Below are positions 50,578-62,385 of a stretch of 64,000 bases of DNA, piece after piece (positions within the stretch are counted from its first letter, which is position 1; each line of letters starts with the position of its first letter). Below the pieces are notes generated by a model. The model worked only from the letters and a program-made list of their open reading frames with translations, did not search any database and was not told the origin of the DNA. A program made the translations under genes and the position numbers. Origin of the DNA: Macrostomum lignano (taxonomy: Eukaryota); contig NIVC01001863.1 of the NCBI GenBank assembly GCA_002269645.1, positions 62,001-126,000 on the forward strand, in the 5' to 3' direction.

Positions 50578-51480
50578 TCAGTGATGATGTGAGTGAGTCA
50601 GTAAGGATATGAGTCAGGGTGATGTGAGTCAGTAAGGATTGATCACGCCGCTGCCGGCAGCTGGGAGTCCGCGATGAGGCTGCTTGCGCAACAGGTTTGG
50701 CTTTGCGTACCATAGGTGTCTTGCTTAGGTCACTGTTGATTGTCACTCCGCGTATTAGGTTACTCTATATGAGTCAGTGGTGATGTGAGTCGGTGGTTAT
50801 ATGAGGCAGTGATGAGTCAGTCATGATGAGAGTCAGTAATGATGTGAGTGAGTCAGTGATAATGTGAGTGAGTCATTGATGATGTGAGTCAGTGGTTATA
50901 TGAGGCAGTGATGTTAGGAGTCAGAGATAATGTAAGTGAGTCAGTGATGAGAGTCAGTGATGATGTGAGTGAGTCAGTGATTATGTGAGTGAGTCAGTGA
51001 TGATTTGAGTGAGTCAGTGGTTATATGAGGCAGCGATGTTAGGGAGTCAGTGATAATGTAAGTGAGTCAGTGATGAGAGTCTGATGATGTAAGTGAGTCA
51101 GTGATGAGAGTCAGTGATGATGTGAGTGAGTCAGTGATGATGTGAGTGAGTCATTGATGATGTGAGTCAGTGGTTATATGAGGCAGTGATGTTAGGAGTC
51201 AGAGATAATGTAAGTGAGTCAGTGATGAGAGTCAGTGATGATGTGAGTGAGTCAGTGATTATGTGAGTGAGTCAGTGATGATTTGAGTGAGTCAGTGGTT
51301 ATATGAGGCAGCGATGTTAGGGAGTCAGTGATAATGTAAGTGAGTCAGTGATGAGAGTCTGATGATGTAAGTGAGTCAGTGATGAGAGTCAGTGATGATG
51401 TGAGTGAGTCAGTGATGATGTAAGTGAGCCAGTGATAATATGAGTCGGTGATGATTTGAGTCGGTGATGATATGAGTCAA
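50578..51480. repeat. Degenerate GTGAGTGAGTCAGTGATGAT-type repeat with an internal 278-bp tandem duplication
   Basis: Markers AGTCATTGAT (50871/51149) and CAGCGATGTT (51031/51309) both recur at 278 nt. Confidence 0.9.
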
Positions 51481-51772
51481 GTTAGGAGTTCAGGTAAAAG
51501 CTGTAGTTGCCGCAGGTTTGAGCAAAGTCAAAATCATGAAGCTTTATTGACTGCACTAGAAAGAGTCCGGATCATTTCTATTGGATATTGAATAGAAAAT
51601 GCAGCAGCCGTGCGCGCCTGATTCGCTGCAGAGTTGGCTAACTGCAGCCCGTACAGAGCACGGTTGAGTACTAACCGCCACCAAATCTGCTTAACTTGCA
51701 GCGCATAGATCAGTGCAATGCAGCCAGCGATTTGCCAGGCCGCCGCACTGAACTGAGCAGCCGCCGCTCATC

Positions 51773-52315
51773 ATGAAGCACCGGTCTGGCGGCGCCGCCG
51801 GCCACAAGCGGGCCGCCGCCTCCTCGGACCCCGACGGCCTGCAGGCGCGCAGGCAGCACCAGCACCCGCCGGCATCCAAGAGTCGTCGAGTCGACGGCGG
51901 CGGCACTGGCGGCTCCGGCAGCAGCAGTGGCGGCCTCAGGCAGGTGGGACAGTGGAAGCCGGAAGACGACCAGCTGCTGGTGCAGGCCGTGCTGGCGCTG
52001 CACGACCTCCGCGCCGTCCACTGCTGTGTCCGCTTCAGCTGCGCCTTTGCCGAGTCCGAGCTGCGCGAGCGCTGGCGCGGCCTGCTGTTCGACCGGACAC
52101 TTTCCGGCCTGGCCGAGCAGGCGGCCCGCGCCCTGCCCTCCCCCATCCGATTCCTGCTGCGCCGTCGGGCGCCGTTCTCCCACGCTGAGGAGGACCTGCT
52201 GGCCGCGGTGACGCCCGCTCAGGCGCTGCCTGAGGGCCGCCTCTCGCTGGCTTGCTTTGAGCGCCTGCTGGCCACCCGGCCTGACGTCTTCGGCTACGGC
52301 TGCAGAACTGCCAAG
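51773..52315 (+). CDS. MCRS1: MCRS1 (microspherule protein 1/MSP58)-like, exon 1 (MCRS N-terminal domain)
   Basis: WKPEDDQLLVQAV..VRFSCAF..ELRERWRGLLFD..APFSHAEEDLL..RTAK parallels MCRS1 WKPADDLLLINAV..VKFSCRF..ERWYALLYD..ALFSKAEEQLL..RTAK; 181 codons, donor AAG|GTGCGC. Confidence 0.92.
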
Positions 52316-52324
52316 GTGCGCGGC

Positions 52325-52367
52325 GTCTGCCTACCTGCCTGTCTGTCTGTCTGTCTGTCTGCCTGCC

Positions 52368-52432
<65 letters not shown>

Positions 52433-52501
52433 GTCTGTCTGTCCGTCTGTCTGTCTGTCTGTCTGTCTGCCTGCCTGTCTGTCTGTCTGTCTGTCTGTCT
52501 A

Positions 52502-52536
<35 letters not shown>

Positions 52537-52543
52537 GCCTGCC

Positions 52544-52628
<85 letters not shown>

Positions 52629-52639
52629 GCCTGCCTGCC

Positions 52640-52712
<73 letters not shown>

Positions 52713-52719
52713 GCCTGCC

Positions 52720-52798
<79 letters not shown>
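52325..52798. repeat. (TCTG/CCTG)n microsatellite filling the MCRS1 intron
   Basis: Occupies most of intron 52316-52874. Confidence 0.99.
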
Positions 52799-52799
<1 letters not shown>

Positions 52800-52874
52800 G
52801 ATTCCTATTGTCAGGCTCTGACTCGCTGGCCAATCCTGTCTACCCCAGCCCACCCCGCTGATTCCCTCCCGCAG

Positions 52875-53558
52875 GCGCTGCACCGGCACTGGGAGCTGCT
52901 GCGGCGCCACGGCCTCCTCCGCGCCTGCCCTCCGCTGGCCTGGCCGGTTGGCGCGCCGGCCACCGACTTCAAGGACGCCGAATTTCTGGTCGAGCGATTC
53001 CGCTCGGCCGCCCCAGGCCCGCCCGGCCTGCCCGCCGAGCTGGACTGGGAGGCCCGCAAGGCCCGCCGCCGGCTGTGCCGTCTGGAGGAGGAGGCGCGCC
53101 GCTGGCAGGTCGCCGCTCGAGAGGCGCTGCCGCCAGCCGCAAGGCCGCCGGAGCCCGGCGACCAGTTCGTGAGCAGCGACGGTCGGCCGGGCCTGGCCCT
53201 GCTCAAGGGCACCCGCGCCAGCTTCCTCATCTCCGGCGTGTGCGTCAGTCTGGGCCGCCGCACCGACGCCTGCGCCGTTGACATCGACCTCGGCCTGGAG
53301 GGGCCCAGCGGCAAGATCAGCCGGCTGCACGCCTTCCTGCGCCTGCTGGAGTCCGGCGCCTTCCAGCTGGAGAATGTCGGCCGCCGCCCGGTGTTCGTCA
53401 ACGGCGAGCCCGTCTGCCCCGGCGAGGCCTGCCTGCTGCCCACCCCCTCCATGCTGCTGGTCGGCTGCCTGGCCTTCCGCTTCCTCGTCAACCCCGAGCT
53501 GCACACTGGCCGCTTCCGCCGCGCCATCGCCGAGGCGCTGCGGGCCAGGCGGGAGTGA
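52875..53558 (+). CDS. MCRS1: MCRS1-like exon 2 with C-terminal FHA domain
   Basis: CAG acceptor at 52872-74; ALHRHWELL continues RTAK|ALQAHWQLM; FHA segment LGRRT..VDIDLGLEGPSGKISRLH..ENVGRRPVFVNG; TGA at 53556-58. Joined protein 408 aa. Confidence 0.92.
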   Translation, partial: ALHRHWELLRRHGLLRACPPLAWPVGAPATDFKDAEFLVERFRSAAPGPPGLPAELDWEARKARRRLCRLEEEARRWQVAAREALPPAARPPEPGDQFVSSDGRPGLALLKGTRASFLISGVCVSLGRRTDACAVDIDLGLEGPSGKISRLHAFLRLLESGAFQLENVGRRPVFVNGEPVCPGEACLLPTPSMLLVGCLAFRFLVNPELHTGRFRRAIAEALRARRE

Positions 53559-53818
53559 CCTGCTGGGCGGGTATAAGAGTGACCTGCTAGCTGGGCGGGT
53601 ATAAGAGTGACCTGCTAGCTGGGCGGGTATAAGAGTGACCTGCTAGCTGGGCGGGTATAAGAGTGACCTGCTAGCTGGGCGGGTATAAGAGTGACCTGCT
53701 AGCTGGGCGGGTATAAGAGTGACCTGCTAGCTGGGCGGGTATAAGAGTGACCTGCTAGCTGGGCGGGTATAAGAGTGACCTGCTAGCTGGGCGGGTATAA
53801 GAGTGACCTGCTAGCTGG
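53553..53818. repeat. 28-bp minisatellite GAGTGACCTGCTAGCTGGGCGGGTATAA starting on the MCRS1 stop codon
   Basis: GAGTGACC at 53553, 53577, then every 28 nt to 53801. Confidence 0.97.
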
Positions 53819-54028
53819 ATGGATGGCGGAGTGAATGCTGGGCGGATATAGGAATGAACTGCTGGGTGGGTGACCTGCTAGATCGCGGAGTGCTCAGGGG
53901 AAAGTGTCGAATGTTTTTTAAGCACTTGTACATGCTACGAGCGTGTATTGCTGCTAATTGCTGTTATATTTTTTTGCAATGCTTCATCCCGAAATGCCAT
54001 ATTTAGCGTGTTTTGCTTGTAAAATAAT

Positions 54029-54034
54029 AATAAA
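54029..54034 (+). terminator. Candidate poly(A) signal AATAAA for MCRS1 (a second at 54101-54106)
   Basis: Hexamers in an AT-rich stretch ~470 nt after the stop. Confidence 0.35.
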
Positions 54035-54603
54035 CTTGATCAGCTTGGATCAGTGCAAATCAATGGTCGATTTCTGTTGTCAGTTCGTGTTTAATGATAA
54101 AATAAACAAACAAAACTTTTTTGCTGTCGCTGTCAATTTATTTGTCTCGCGCGCGCACTGCTACTGAGAACAGCTTTGTCAGTAGTGCGTCAAGCACATC
54201 TGGAATTGGAGACTCAAGTCTCTGTGGGAAATTCTGCCTGCCCGCCGTGCAACCCGAGAGCTGCTGAGATCGCAGCCAGTCTTTGTGCGCCAAGCGAAGG
54301 CCATTGAACTGCCCTGACTGACTGAATCCTCCTGTTTCACAGCCAGCTAAATATCCTTTGTGGGTGGCTGGCATTGTAATTGAAAACAATAGTAAAGTTG
54401 GGGCTTGTGCTTGGCAGTGTAGCCATGTTGGGGGTAATCTGACACAACTGCGCCTTTGTGAGTTGGAGATCGATTTTACATCTGCTTTAGCAGCCAGGGT
54501 TGCTTCTGGTTGCGGCTTTGGGACTGCCTGTCTGGCCTCCTTGTCATGAGATCTCTGTACCAGTATTGAAGCTGTCCTTGTCTGTCATTAATGTGCCTTG
54601 TCT

Positions 54604-55140
54604 TGGGCCTGTGCCTGCCATGTGTCCTTAGGCTTGGGCCTGTGTCTGTCATGTGTCCTTAGGCTTGGGCCTGTGTCTGTCATGTGTCCTTAGGCTTGCG
54701 TCTGTGTCTGCCATGTGTCCTTAGGCTTGGGCCTGTGTCTGTCATGTGTCCTTAGGCTTGCGTCTGTGTCTGCCATGTGTCCTTAGGCTTGGGCCTGTGT
54801 CTGTCATGTGTCCTTAGGCTTGGGCCTGTGTCTGTCATGTGTCCTTAGGCTTGCGTCTGTGTCTGCCATGTGTCCTTAGGCTTGGGCCTGTGTCTGTCAT
54901 GTGTCCTTAGGCTTGGGCCTGTGTCTGCCATGTGTCCTTAGGCTTGGGCCTGTGTCTGTCATGTGTCCTTAGGCTTGGGCCTGTGTCTGACATGTGTCAG
55001 GGCCTGTGTCTGCCATTTGTCTTTAGGCTTGGGTCTGACTTGGCTGCAGGGTGGTCCGTAGATACAGCGGGGAGGCGAGGGTCTCCCATTCCGCTAGACT
55101 TGGGCCTGTGTCTGCCATGTGTTTAGGGTCTGTGTCTTTA
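54604..55140. repeat. 31-bp minisatellite TGTGTCCTTAGGCTTGGGCCTGTGTCTGTCA
   Basis: Period 31 (54621 and 54652); decays after ~54995. Confidence 0.95.
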
Positions 55141-55699
55141 GGCTTGTGCCTGTGTCTGTCGTGTGTCTTCCTGTGGTGTTTGTGCCTTGTCTTTCCGCGT
55201 TAGTTGACCCGTGTGTCTGCACCTTACCCTTTGCCTGCATCATTCTGCATTTTGTCTTGTCCTTGAAGGTGTCTTCTGTGTCCATCTGTCTGCGGCTCTT
55301 CTTGAGCCCTCTGCCCGGCTCTGCTACCCCGCTGTGGCTCGCGGAATTCAATTACTCGATCAGTCACTCCTTGTGCAATTGAAAAGGATTGGATTTGAGT
55401 GACAGGTCAGTGCCAGCCTGAGCTGGCCGAATCAGGGCTGGCCAACGATAATAGCTGATGTCGGATGCTGAGCTGCCCGCATTAATTATGCAGGAATTAA
55501 TTTCTCAATGAATTTCACCAGATGCTGTATGCCTGCCGCCTGCCGGAGCTGAAATATTTATGTAAACCAGCGGGGGGCCGCGTGTTGAGTTTTCGCGCGG
55601 TATTGAACTGAGATTTCTTAGAAAGTTGATTTCTATGCATTAACCTTCGCACTGGCTTTCGCATTGGCATCAACAATAGCTTATGAATTAGTTTCAGCA

Positions 55700-56765
55700 T
55701 TAGCTGTCATTAGCCTTCGCCTTAGCCTCAGCATTAGCCTTGGCTTTAGCCTCGGCCTTAGTCTTGACTTTAGCCTCAGCATTAGCCTCAGCACTAGCCT
55801 CAGCATTAGCCTCAGCACTAGCCTCAGCCTTAGCCTCAGCCTTAGCCTCAGCATTATCCTCAGCACTAGCCTCAGCTTTAGCCTCAGCACTAGCCTCAGC
55901 CTTAGCCTCAGCACTAGCCTCAGTCTTAGCCTCAGCCTTAGCCTCAGCATTATCCTCAGCACTAGCCTCAGCCTTAGCCTCAGCACTAGCCTCAGCATTA
56001 TCTTCAGCATTATCCTCAGCACCAGCCTCAGCACTAGCCTCAGCATTATCCTCAGCACTAGCCTCAGCCTTAGCCTCAGCATTAGCCTCAGCCTTAGCCT
56101 CAGCATTATCCTCAGCACTAGCCTCAGCCTTAGCCTCAGCACTAGCCTCAGCCTTAGCCTCAGCACTAGCCTCAGCCTTAGCCTCAGCATTATCCTCAGC
56201 ACCAGCCGTAGCCTCAGCACTAGCCTCAGCCTTAGCCTCAGCACTAGCCTCAGCATTATCTTCAGCACTAGCCTCAGCCTTAGCCTCAGCACTAGCCTCA
56301 GCACTAGTCTCAGCCTTAGCCTCAGCCTTAGTCTCAGCCTTAGCCTCAGAACTAGCCTCAGCATCATCTTCAGCACTAGCCTCAGCCTTAGTCTCAGCAC
56401 TAGCCTCAGCCTTAGCCTCAGCATTATCCTCAGCACTAGCCTCAGCCTTAGCCTCAGCATTAGCCTCAGCATTATCCTCAGCACTAGCCTCAGCCTTAGC
56501 CTCAGCATTAGCCTCAGCACTAGCCTCAGCATTATCCTCAGCACTAGCTTCAGCCTTAGCCTCAGCCTTAGCCTCAGCCTTAGCCTCAGCCTTAGCCTCA
56601 GCATTATCCTCAGCACCAGCCTTAGCCTTAGCACTAGCCTCAGCCTTAGCCTCAGCACTAGCCTCAGCATTACCTTCAGTACTAGCCTCAGCCTTAGTCT
56701 CAGCACTAGCCTCAGCCTTAGCCTCAGCACTAGCACGAGCTGCAGTCGCTTGAAGCCGGCAGCAC
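55700..56765 (-). CDS. Possible exon encoding an Ala/Glu/Lys/Ser repeat (AEAK/AEAS/AEDN)n
   Basis: Minus-strand TACTAAT branch (56790-84), TTTCTCT tract and CAG (AG 56767-66); ~354 codons to TAA at 55702-00; some synonymous-type variation. No homology evidence. Confidence 0.3.
55710..56735. repeat. 12-bp minisatellite (T/C)TAGCCTCAGC(A/C), frame-preserving
   Basis: Units of 12 (occasionally 6) nt; the ORF track shows frames open across the whole array on both strands. Confidence 0.97.
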
Positions 56766-57227
56766 CTGAGGTTAGAGAAATTCATTAGTAAAATTGCCCA
56801 AGCCAGGCAAACTAGCTAGCTGCCTGCAATTTTGTTCTCCCAGAGACGAGCCAGACAATGCGGGATGTCAGGCGCGCGGATTATCGGCAAAGGCCGTTTG
56901 GGGAGAATTATCCCGCAGAGTTTTTTTAACGGGGGGGACGCGAAAAAAGCAGCTGCTGCCCCCAGTTCGTGCGCTTACAAGTTTTTTAAAAAAGCGGGGG
57001 GGCTTCTGCTTAATTATTAATGAGGTGAAGAATTTGTCCCGCGTGCTGGGGGAAAACAGCCTCGCTTTACTAATTGATGAGGCAGGCGCTTGCCGGCCTT
57101 GCTGCAGCCTTGCCGCTCCGCTCTGCCGGCTTTCCTCCCTCATCTCGGAATCTCCGCTTGCGAGACGGCCGGCAAACCGCCTGGAAGTTTTCAGCTTCCC
57201 AGTTTTCCACCTGATAGGTCAGCTGAC

Positions 57228-57705
57228 CTGCTCTGCTCTGCTCTGCTCTGCTCTGCTTCTGCTCTGCTCTGCTCTGCTCTGCTCTGCTCTGCTCTGCTCT
57301 GCTCTGCTCTGCTCTGCTCTGCTCTGCTCTGCTCTGCTCTGCTCTGCTCTGCTCTGCTCTGCTCTGCTCTGCTCTGCTCTGCTCTGCTTTGCTCTGCTTT
57401 GCTCTGCTTTGCTCTGCTTTGCTCTGCTTTGCTCTGCTTTGCTCTGCTTTGCTCTGCTTTGCTCTGCTTTGCTCTGCTTTGCTCTGCTTTGCTCTGCTTT
57501 GCTCTGCTTTGCTCTGCTTTGCTCTGCTTTGCTCTGCTTTGCTCTGCTTTGCTCTGCTTTGCTCTGCTTTGCTCTGCTTTGCTCTGCTTTGCTCTGCTTT
57601 GCTCTGCTTTGCTCTGCTTTGCTCTGCTTTGCTCTGCTTTGCTCTGCTTTGCTCTGCTTTGCTCTGCTTTGCTCTGCTTTGCTCTGCTTTGCTCTGCTCT
57701 GCTCT
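57228..57705. repeat. (CTCTG)n grading into (CTCTGCTTTG)n
   Basis: Read directly. Confidence 0.98.
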
Positions 57706-58557
57706 CCTCTCCTTTCCTCACCTCACCTGTCCTCTATTCTCTCATCTCATCTTCTCTCCTCTCTTCTTCTCTCCTCTCCTGTTCTTGAGCATGATTTTCG
57801 ACTCCATCCAGCTCAGAAATCTGGATTTGTCTGCTTTCGCAATCGCAGCAGCTAAAAGGAAAAACTGCAATTTTGTTATAAATCGCGCCCAGAAAAGCCA
57901 GCCAACCCGGCCAATCAATCAGCCTGATGAATTTCCCAGAGATTCGATTCCTAATCTCCCACAGTAGCCGAAATAATCAATGCCCAGGTTAATTATCCGG
58001 AACAACTGCTGAGTCAGCAGCAGCTCGGGGCCCCATTGTGCAGCGATGCAATCAGGGAAAATTTCCCCATTATAATTAGGATCGCATTTTGGCAGCTCCG
58101 CGTGTGCAAACACCCGGCCTCCCCCGGCCCGCCGCTGCCATCTCCTTCCAATTATGCAAATTGCCTGCCTGCCAGCCAGCCCCAGATCTTCGCCATCCCC
58201 AGCCCGCGCAGCATCAATCGGATTTGGGAGGGGAGATTGGCACTTGAATTCCGCCCGGAAACCAGCTGATTCCCTCTCGGTGCACTTCAATTAAAAATAT
58301 TTTCCTTTTGTGCTGAACTCTTTCATTGGCGGCTGCGCCTTGAGTCCAAATTTTGCCGTGATTTCTTAATTCGCATTCGGCCCCTCCTCAGCGTCATTTG
58401 CGTGATTGAGCAAGCAATTTCCCGGAAAGCAGCTCTGTTGCTGCTTTTGCTACAACCGGTGTAGCAAATCCCGCCTCGAACTCAGCCCCACCCCCAGCTG
58501 CCCTGCACCTCATCAACCTCTTCGAGCACCGGCTTGAGCAGCCATTGCTGCTCCCTT

Positions 58558-59292
58558 CTCCTATCTCCCAGCTCCCAGCTCCCATCTCCCATCTCCCATC
58601 TCCCATCTCCCATCTCCGATCCCCCATCTCCAATCTCCCAGCTCCCATCTCCCATCTCCCAGCTCCCGTCTCCCATCTCCCATCTCCGATCCCCCATCTC
58701 CAATCTCCCAGCTCCCATCTCCCATCTCCCATCTCCCATCTCCCAGCTCCCATCTCCCAGCTCCCATCTCCCATCCCCCATCTCCCATCTCCCATCTCCC
58801 ATCTCCCAGCTCCCATCTCCCATCTCCCATCTCCCAGCTCCCATCTACCATCTCCGAGCCCCATCTCCCATCTCCCATCTCCGAGCCCCCATCTCCCATC
58901 TCCCATCTCCCATCTCCCAGCTCCCATCTCCCAGCTCCCTTCTCCCATCTCCCATCTCCCATCTCCCATCTCCGAGCTCCCATCTCCCATCTCCCATCTC
59001 CGAGCCCCTATCTCCCATCTCCCATCTCCGAGCCCCCATCTCCCAGCTCCCATCTCCCATCTCCCAGCTCCCATCTCCCATCTCCGAGCTCCCATCTCCC
59101 ATCTCCCATCTCCCATCTCCGAGCTCCCATCTCCCAGTTCCCATCTCCCCTCTCCCATCTCCCCTCTTCCATCTCCCCTCTCCCATCTCCCATCTCCCAT
59201 CTCCCAGCTCCCCTCTCCCATCTCCCCTCTCCCATCTCCCCTCTCCCCTCTCCCATCTCCCCTCTCCCCTCTCCCATCTCCCAGCTCCCAGC
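58558..59292. repeat. 7-bp repeat (CCCATCT)n with CCCAGCT/CCGAGCC/CCCCTCT variants
   Basis: Read directly. Confidence 0.96.
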
Positions 59293-59972
59293 TGTACCAA
59301 ACAGCTCGGCTGATTCCGCTTCCCAGCTCCAGAGCCGCCGTCTCCAACAAACGATCCCAAAGAATCCCAGAGAACTTTGCCTCCTGAATCTCTTCCCCAT
59401 TGTCTCAAAAAAGCTTTGAGGACCCCCCTGGCTGAGCGAACGGTCCGCTTATTAATTAATTGAATGCTGGGAGAGTCGGGAGGAGGAGAGAAATTCTTGC
59501 CACTGAGATGAGGAGCTGAGCCTCCCATTGTTTCCAGGAGGCGGCCCAGCCTGACTCAGGCCTGAGTGGCCACTTCAGCCAAGGCGGGGGTCCCCTGTCC
59601 GCGTGCAATCATAACTCATAATATATTCTTTGAGCTCAAGTGCTCGGCTGCCTCTACTCGCTGATGTTTAGTTGGGCCTACCGGGGCGCTCGCCTTGGGT
59701 CCGGGGATTTCGCGAATTCAGCCGGCTGAGTGACCCAATTAGTTTTAATTGGCAGTTTCTCGGGCCGCGGATCCCCGGCCGAGAGGGGTGGGGCCGATGG
59801 GGCCTTGTTGGTGTTGGGCAAAGCCAAGGCGCTTCCGCATTCATTATTCCTGCTAATAATTCATTTTAATTAGACGGGCCTCCCGTGCGCCAAGTTTTTG
59901 ACTGCAGTTTCAGTCTGGGGAAGCCGCGGTGAAATCGCTGGATTCATTTGGGATGAACAGGAGAACTATGCG

Positions 59973-61166
59973 TCCCAGATCCTAGATCCCAGATCCTAGA
60001 TCCCAGATCCTAGATCCCAGATCCTAGATCCCAGATCCTAGATCCCAGATCCTAGATCCCAGATCCTAGATCCCAGATCCTAGATCCCAGATCCTAGATC
60101 CCAGATCCTAGATCCCAGATCCTAGATCCCAGATCCTAGATCCCAGATCCTAGATCCCAGATCCTAGATCCCAGATCCTAGATCCCAGATCCTAGATCCC
60201 AGATCCTAGATCCCAGATCCTAGATCCCAGATCCTAGATCCCAGATCCTAGATCCCAGATCCTAGATCCCAGATCCTAGATCCCAGATCCTAGATCCCAG
60301 ATCCTAGATCCCAGATCCTAGATCCCAGATCCCAGATCCTAGATCCCAGATCCTAGATCCCAGATCCTAGATCCCAGATCCTAGATCCCAGATCCTAGAT
60401 CCCAGATCCTAGATCCCAGATCCTAGATCCCAGATCCTAGATCCCAGATCCTAGATCCCAGATCCTAGATCCCAGATCCTAGATCCCAGATCCTAGATCC
60501 CAGATCCTAGATCCCAGATCCTAGATCCCAGATCCTAGATCCCAGATCCTAGATCCCAGATCCTAGATCCCAGATCCTAGATCCCAGATCCTAGATCCCA
60601 GATCCTAGATCCCAGATCCTAGATCCCAGATCCTAGATCCCAGATCCTAGATCCCAGATCCTAGATCCCAGATCCTAGATCCCAGATCCTAGATCCCAGA
60701 TCCTAGATCCTAGATCCCAGATCCCAGATCCTAGATCCCAGATCCTAGATCCCAGATCCTAGATCCCAGATCCTAGATCCCAGATCCTAGATCCCAGATC
60801 CTAGATCCCAGATCCTAGATCCCAGATCCTAGATCCCAGATCCTAGATCCCAGATCCTAGATCCCAGATCCTAGATCCCAGATCCTAGATCCCAGATCCT
60901 AGATCCCAGATCCTAGATCCCAGATCCTAGATCCCAGATCCTAGATCCCAGATCCTAGATCCCAGATCCTAGATCCCAGATCCTAGATCCTAGATCCCAG
61001 ATCCCAGATCCTAGATCCCAGATCCTAGATCCCAGATCCTAGATCCCAGATCCTAGATCCTAGATCCCAGATCCCAGATCCTAGATCCCAGATCCTAGAT
61101 CCCAGATCCTAGATCCCAGATCCTAGATCCCAGATCCTAGATCCCAGATCCTAGATCCCAGATCCC
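59973..61166. repeat. 14-bp repeat (CCCAGATCCTAGAT)n, two alternating heptamers
   Basis: Near-perfect run of ~1.2 kb. Confidence 0.99.
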
Positions 61167-61765
61167 TCGGGGCAAAGCCAAGGCGCTGTCCCCTCGTTAA
61201 CCTCAGGACTGCTGTGCCCCTCTCGGAACAAATGCACAATCTCCCTATCGCAGACCGAAGCCCGCGCAGTTCAATTTCCACTCCAGAAATCTGGTTCGAG
61301 AACTCCCTGGCCTGGTGTCCCGGTCCCATAGCATAGTAAACAGTTTGCTTCAGTTCTGTTTGGATTATTCAGATTCCTGAAGTGCGACCTGCCCCCCGAA
61401 TGTTTGGGTTGGGGGTGGGCAGCTTTGACTGAAGTTTGACAAGCGAGGGGGCCACAATTGCCCGCCTCGGGGATCAGAGTCCCAGATCAGCAACAAGCCG
61501 GGTTATAAATCAAAGGCAGAGAGGCAGACACCACTTTCAAGGGCACTGCAGGGCGGCTTTGATGTCCTTGAAGTTCGGACAAGATTGCGGCTTGTCTGGC
61601 TGCAGCACTACAGCCCCCTGCCCTTCCCGACCCGTATCAACTTCTGCTTACCAACTGCCCGCTTTTATGGCCCCCCAGATGCTTGCTGTTAAAGAAGTCA
61701 TTTCATTTCGCAACATTACTGAAACCTTTGCTTGGCCTTGTGTAGCTTTTATGACGCGAGCCCGT

Positions 61766-62385
61766 AGTGACATTGTTCTGTTTGATCGGAGTGACATTAT
61801 TCTGTTTGATAGGAGTGACATTGTTCTGTTTGATAGGAGTGACATTGTTCTGTTTGATCGGAGTGACATTGTTCTGTTTGATAGGAGTGACATTGTTCTG
61901 TTTGATAGGAGTGACATTGTTCTGTTTGATCGGAGTGACATTATTCTGTTTGATAGGAGTGACATTGTTCTGTTTGATCGTAGTGACATTGTTCTGTTTG
62001 ATCGGAGTGACATTATTCTGTTTGATAGGAGTGACATTGTTCTGTTTGATCGGAGTGACATTGTTCTGTTTGATCGGAGTGACATTGTTCTGTTTGATAG
62101 GAGTGACATTGTTCTGTTTGATCGGAGTGACATTGTTCTGTTTGATCGGAGTGACATTGTTCTGTTTGATAGGAGTGACATTGTTCTGTTTGATCGGAGT
62201 GACATTTTTCTGTTTGATCGGAGTGAAATTGTTCTGTTTGATAGGAATGACATTATTCTGTTTGATCGGAGTGACATTATTCTGTTTGATCGGAGTGACA
62301 TTATTCTGGTAGATCAGAGTGACATTATTCTGATAGATCAGAGTGACATTATTCTGGTTGATCGGAGTGACATTATTTTGGTAGT
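61766..62385. repeat. 24-bp minisatellite GAGTGACATTGTTCTGTTTGAT(C/A)G
   Basis: Read directly; source of the DRSDIVLF ORF. Confidence 0.97.
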
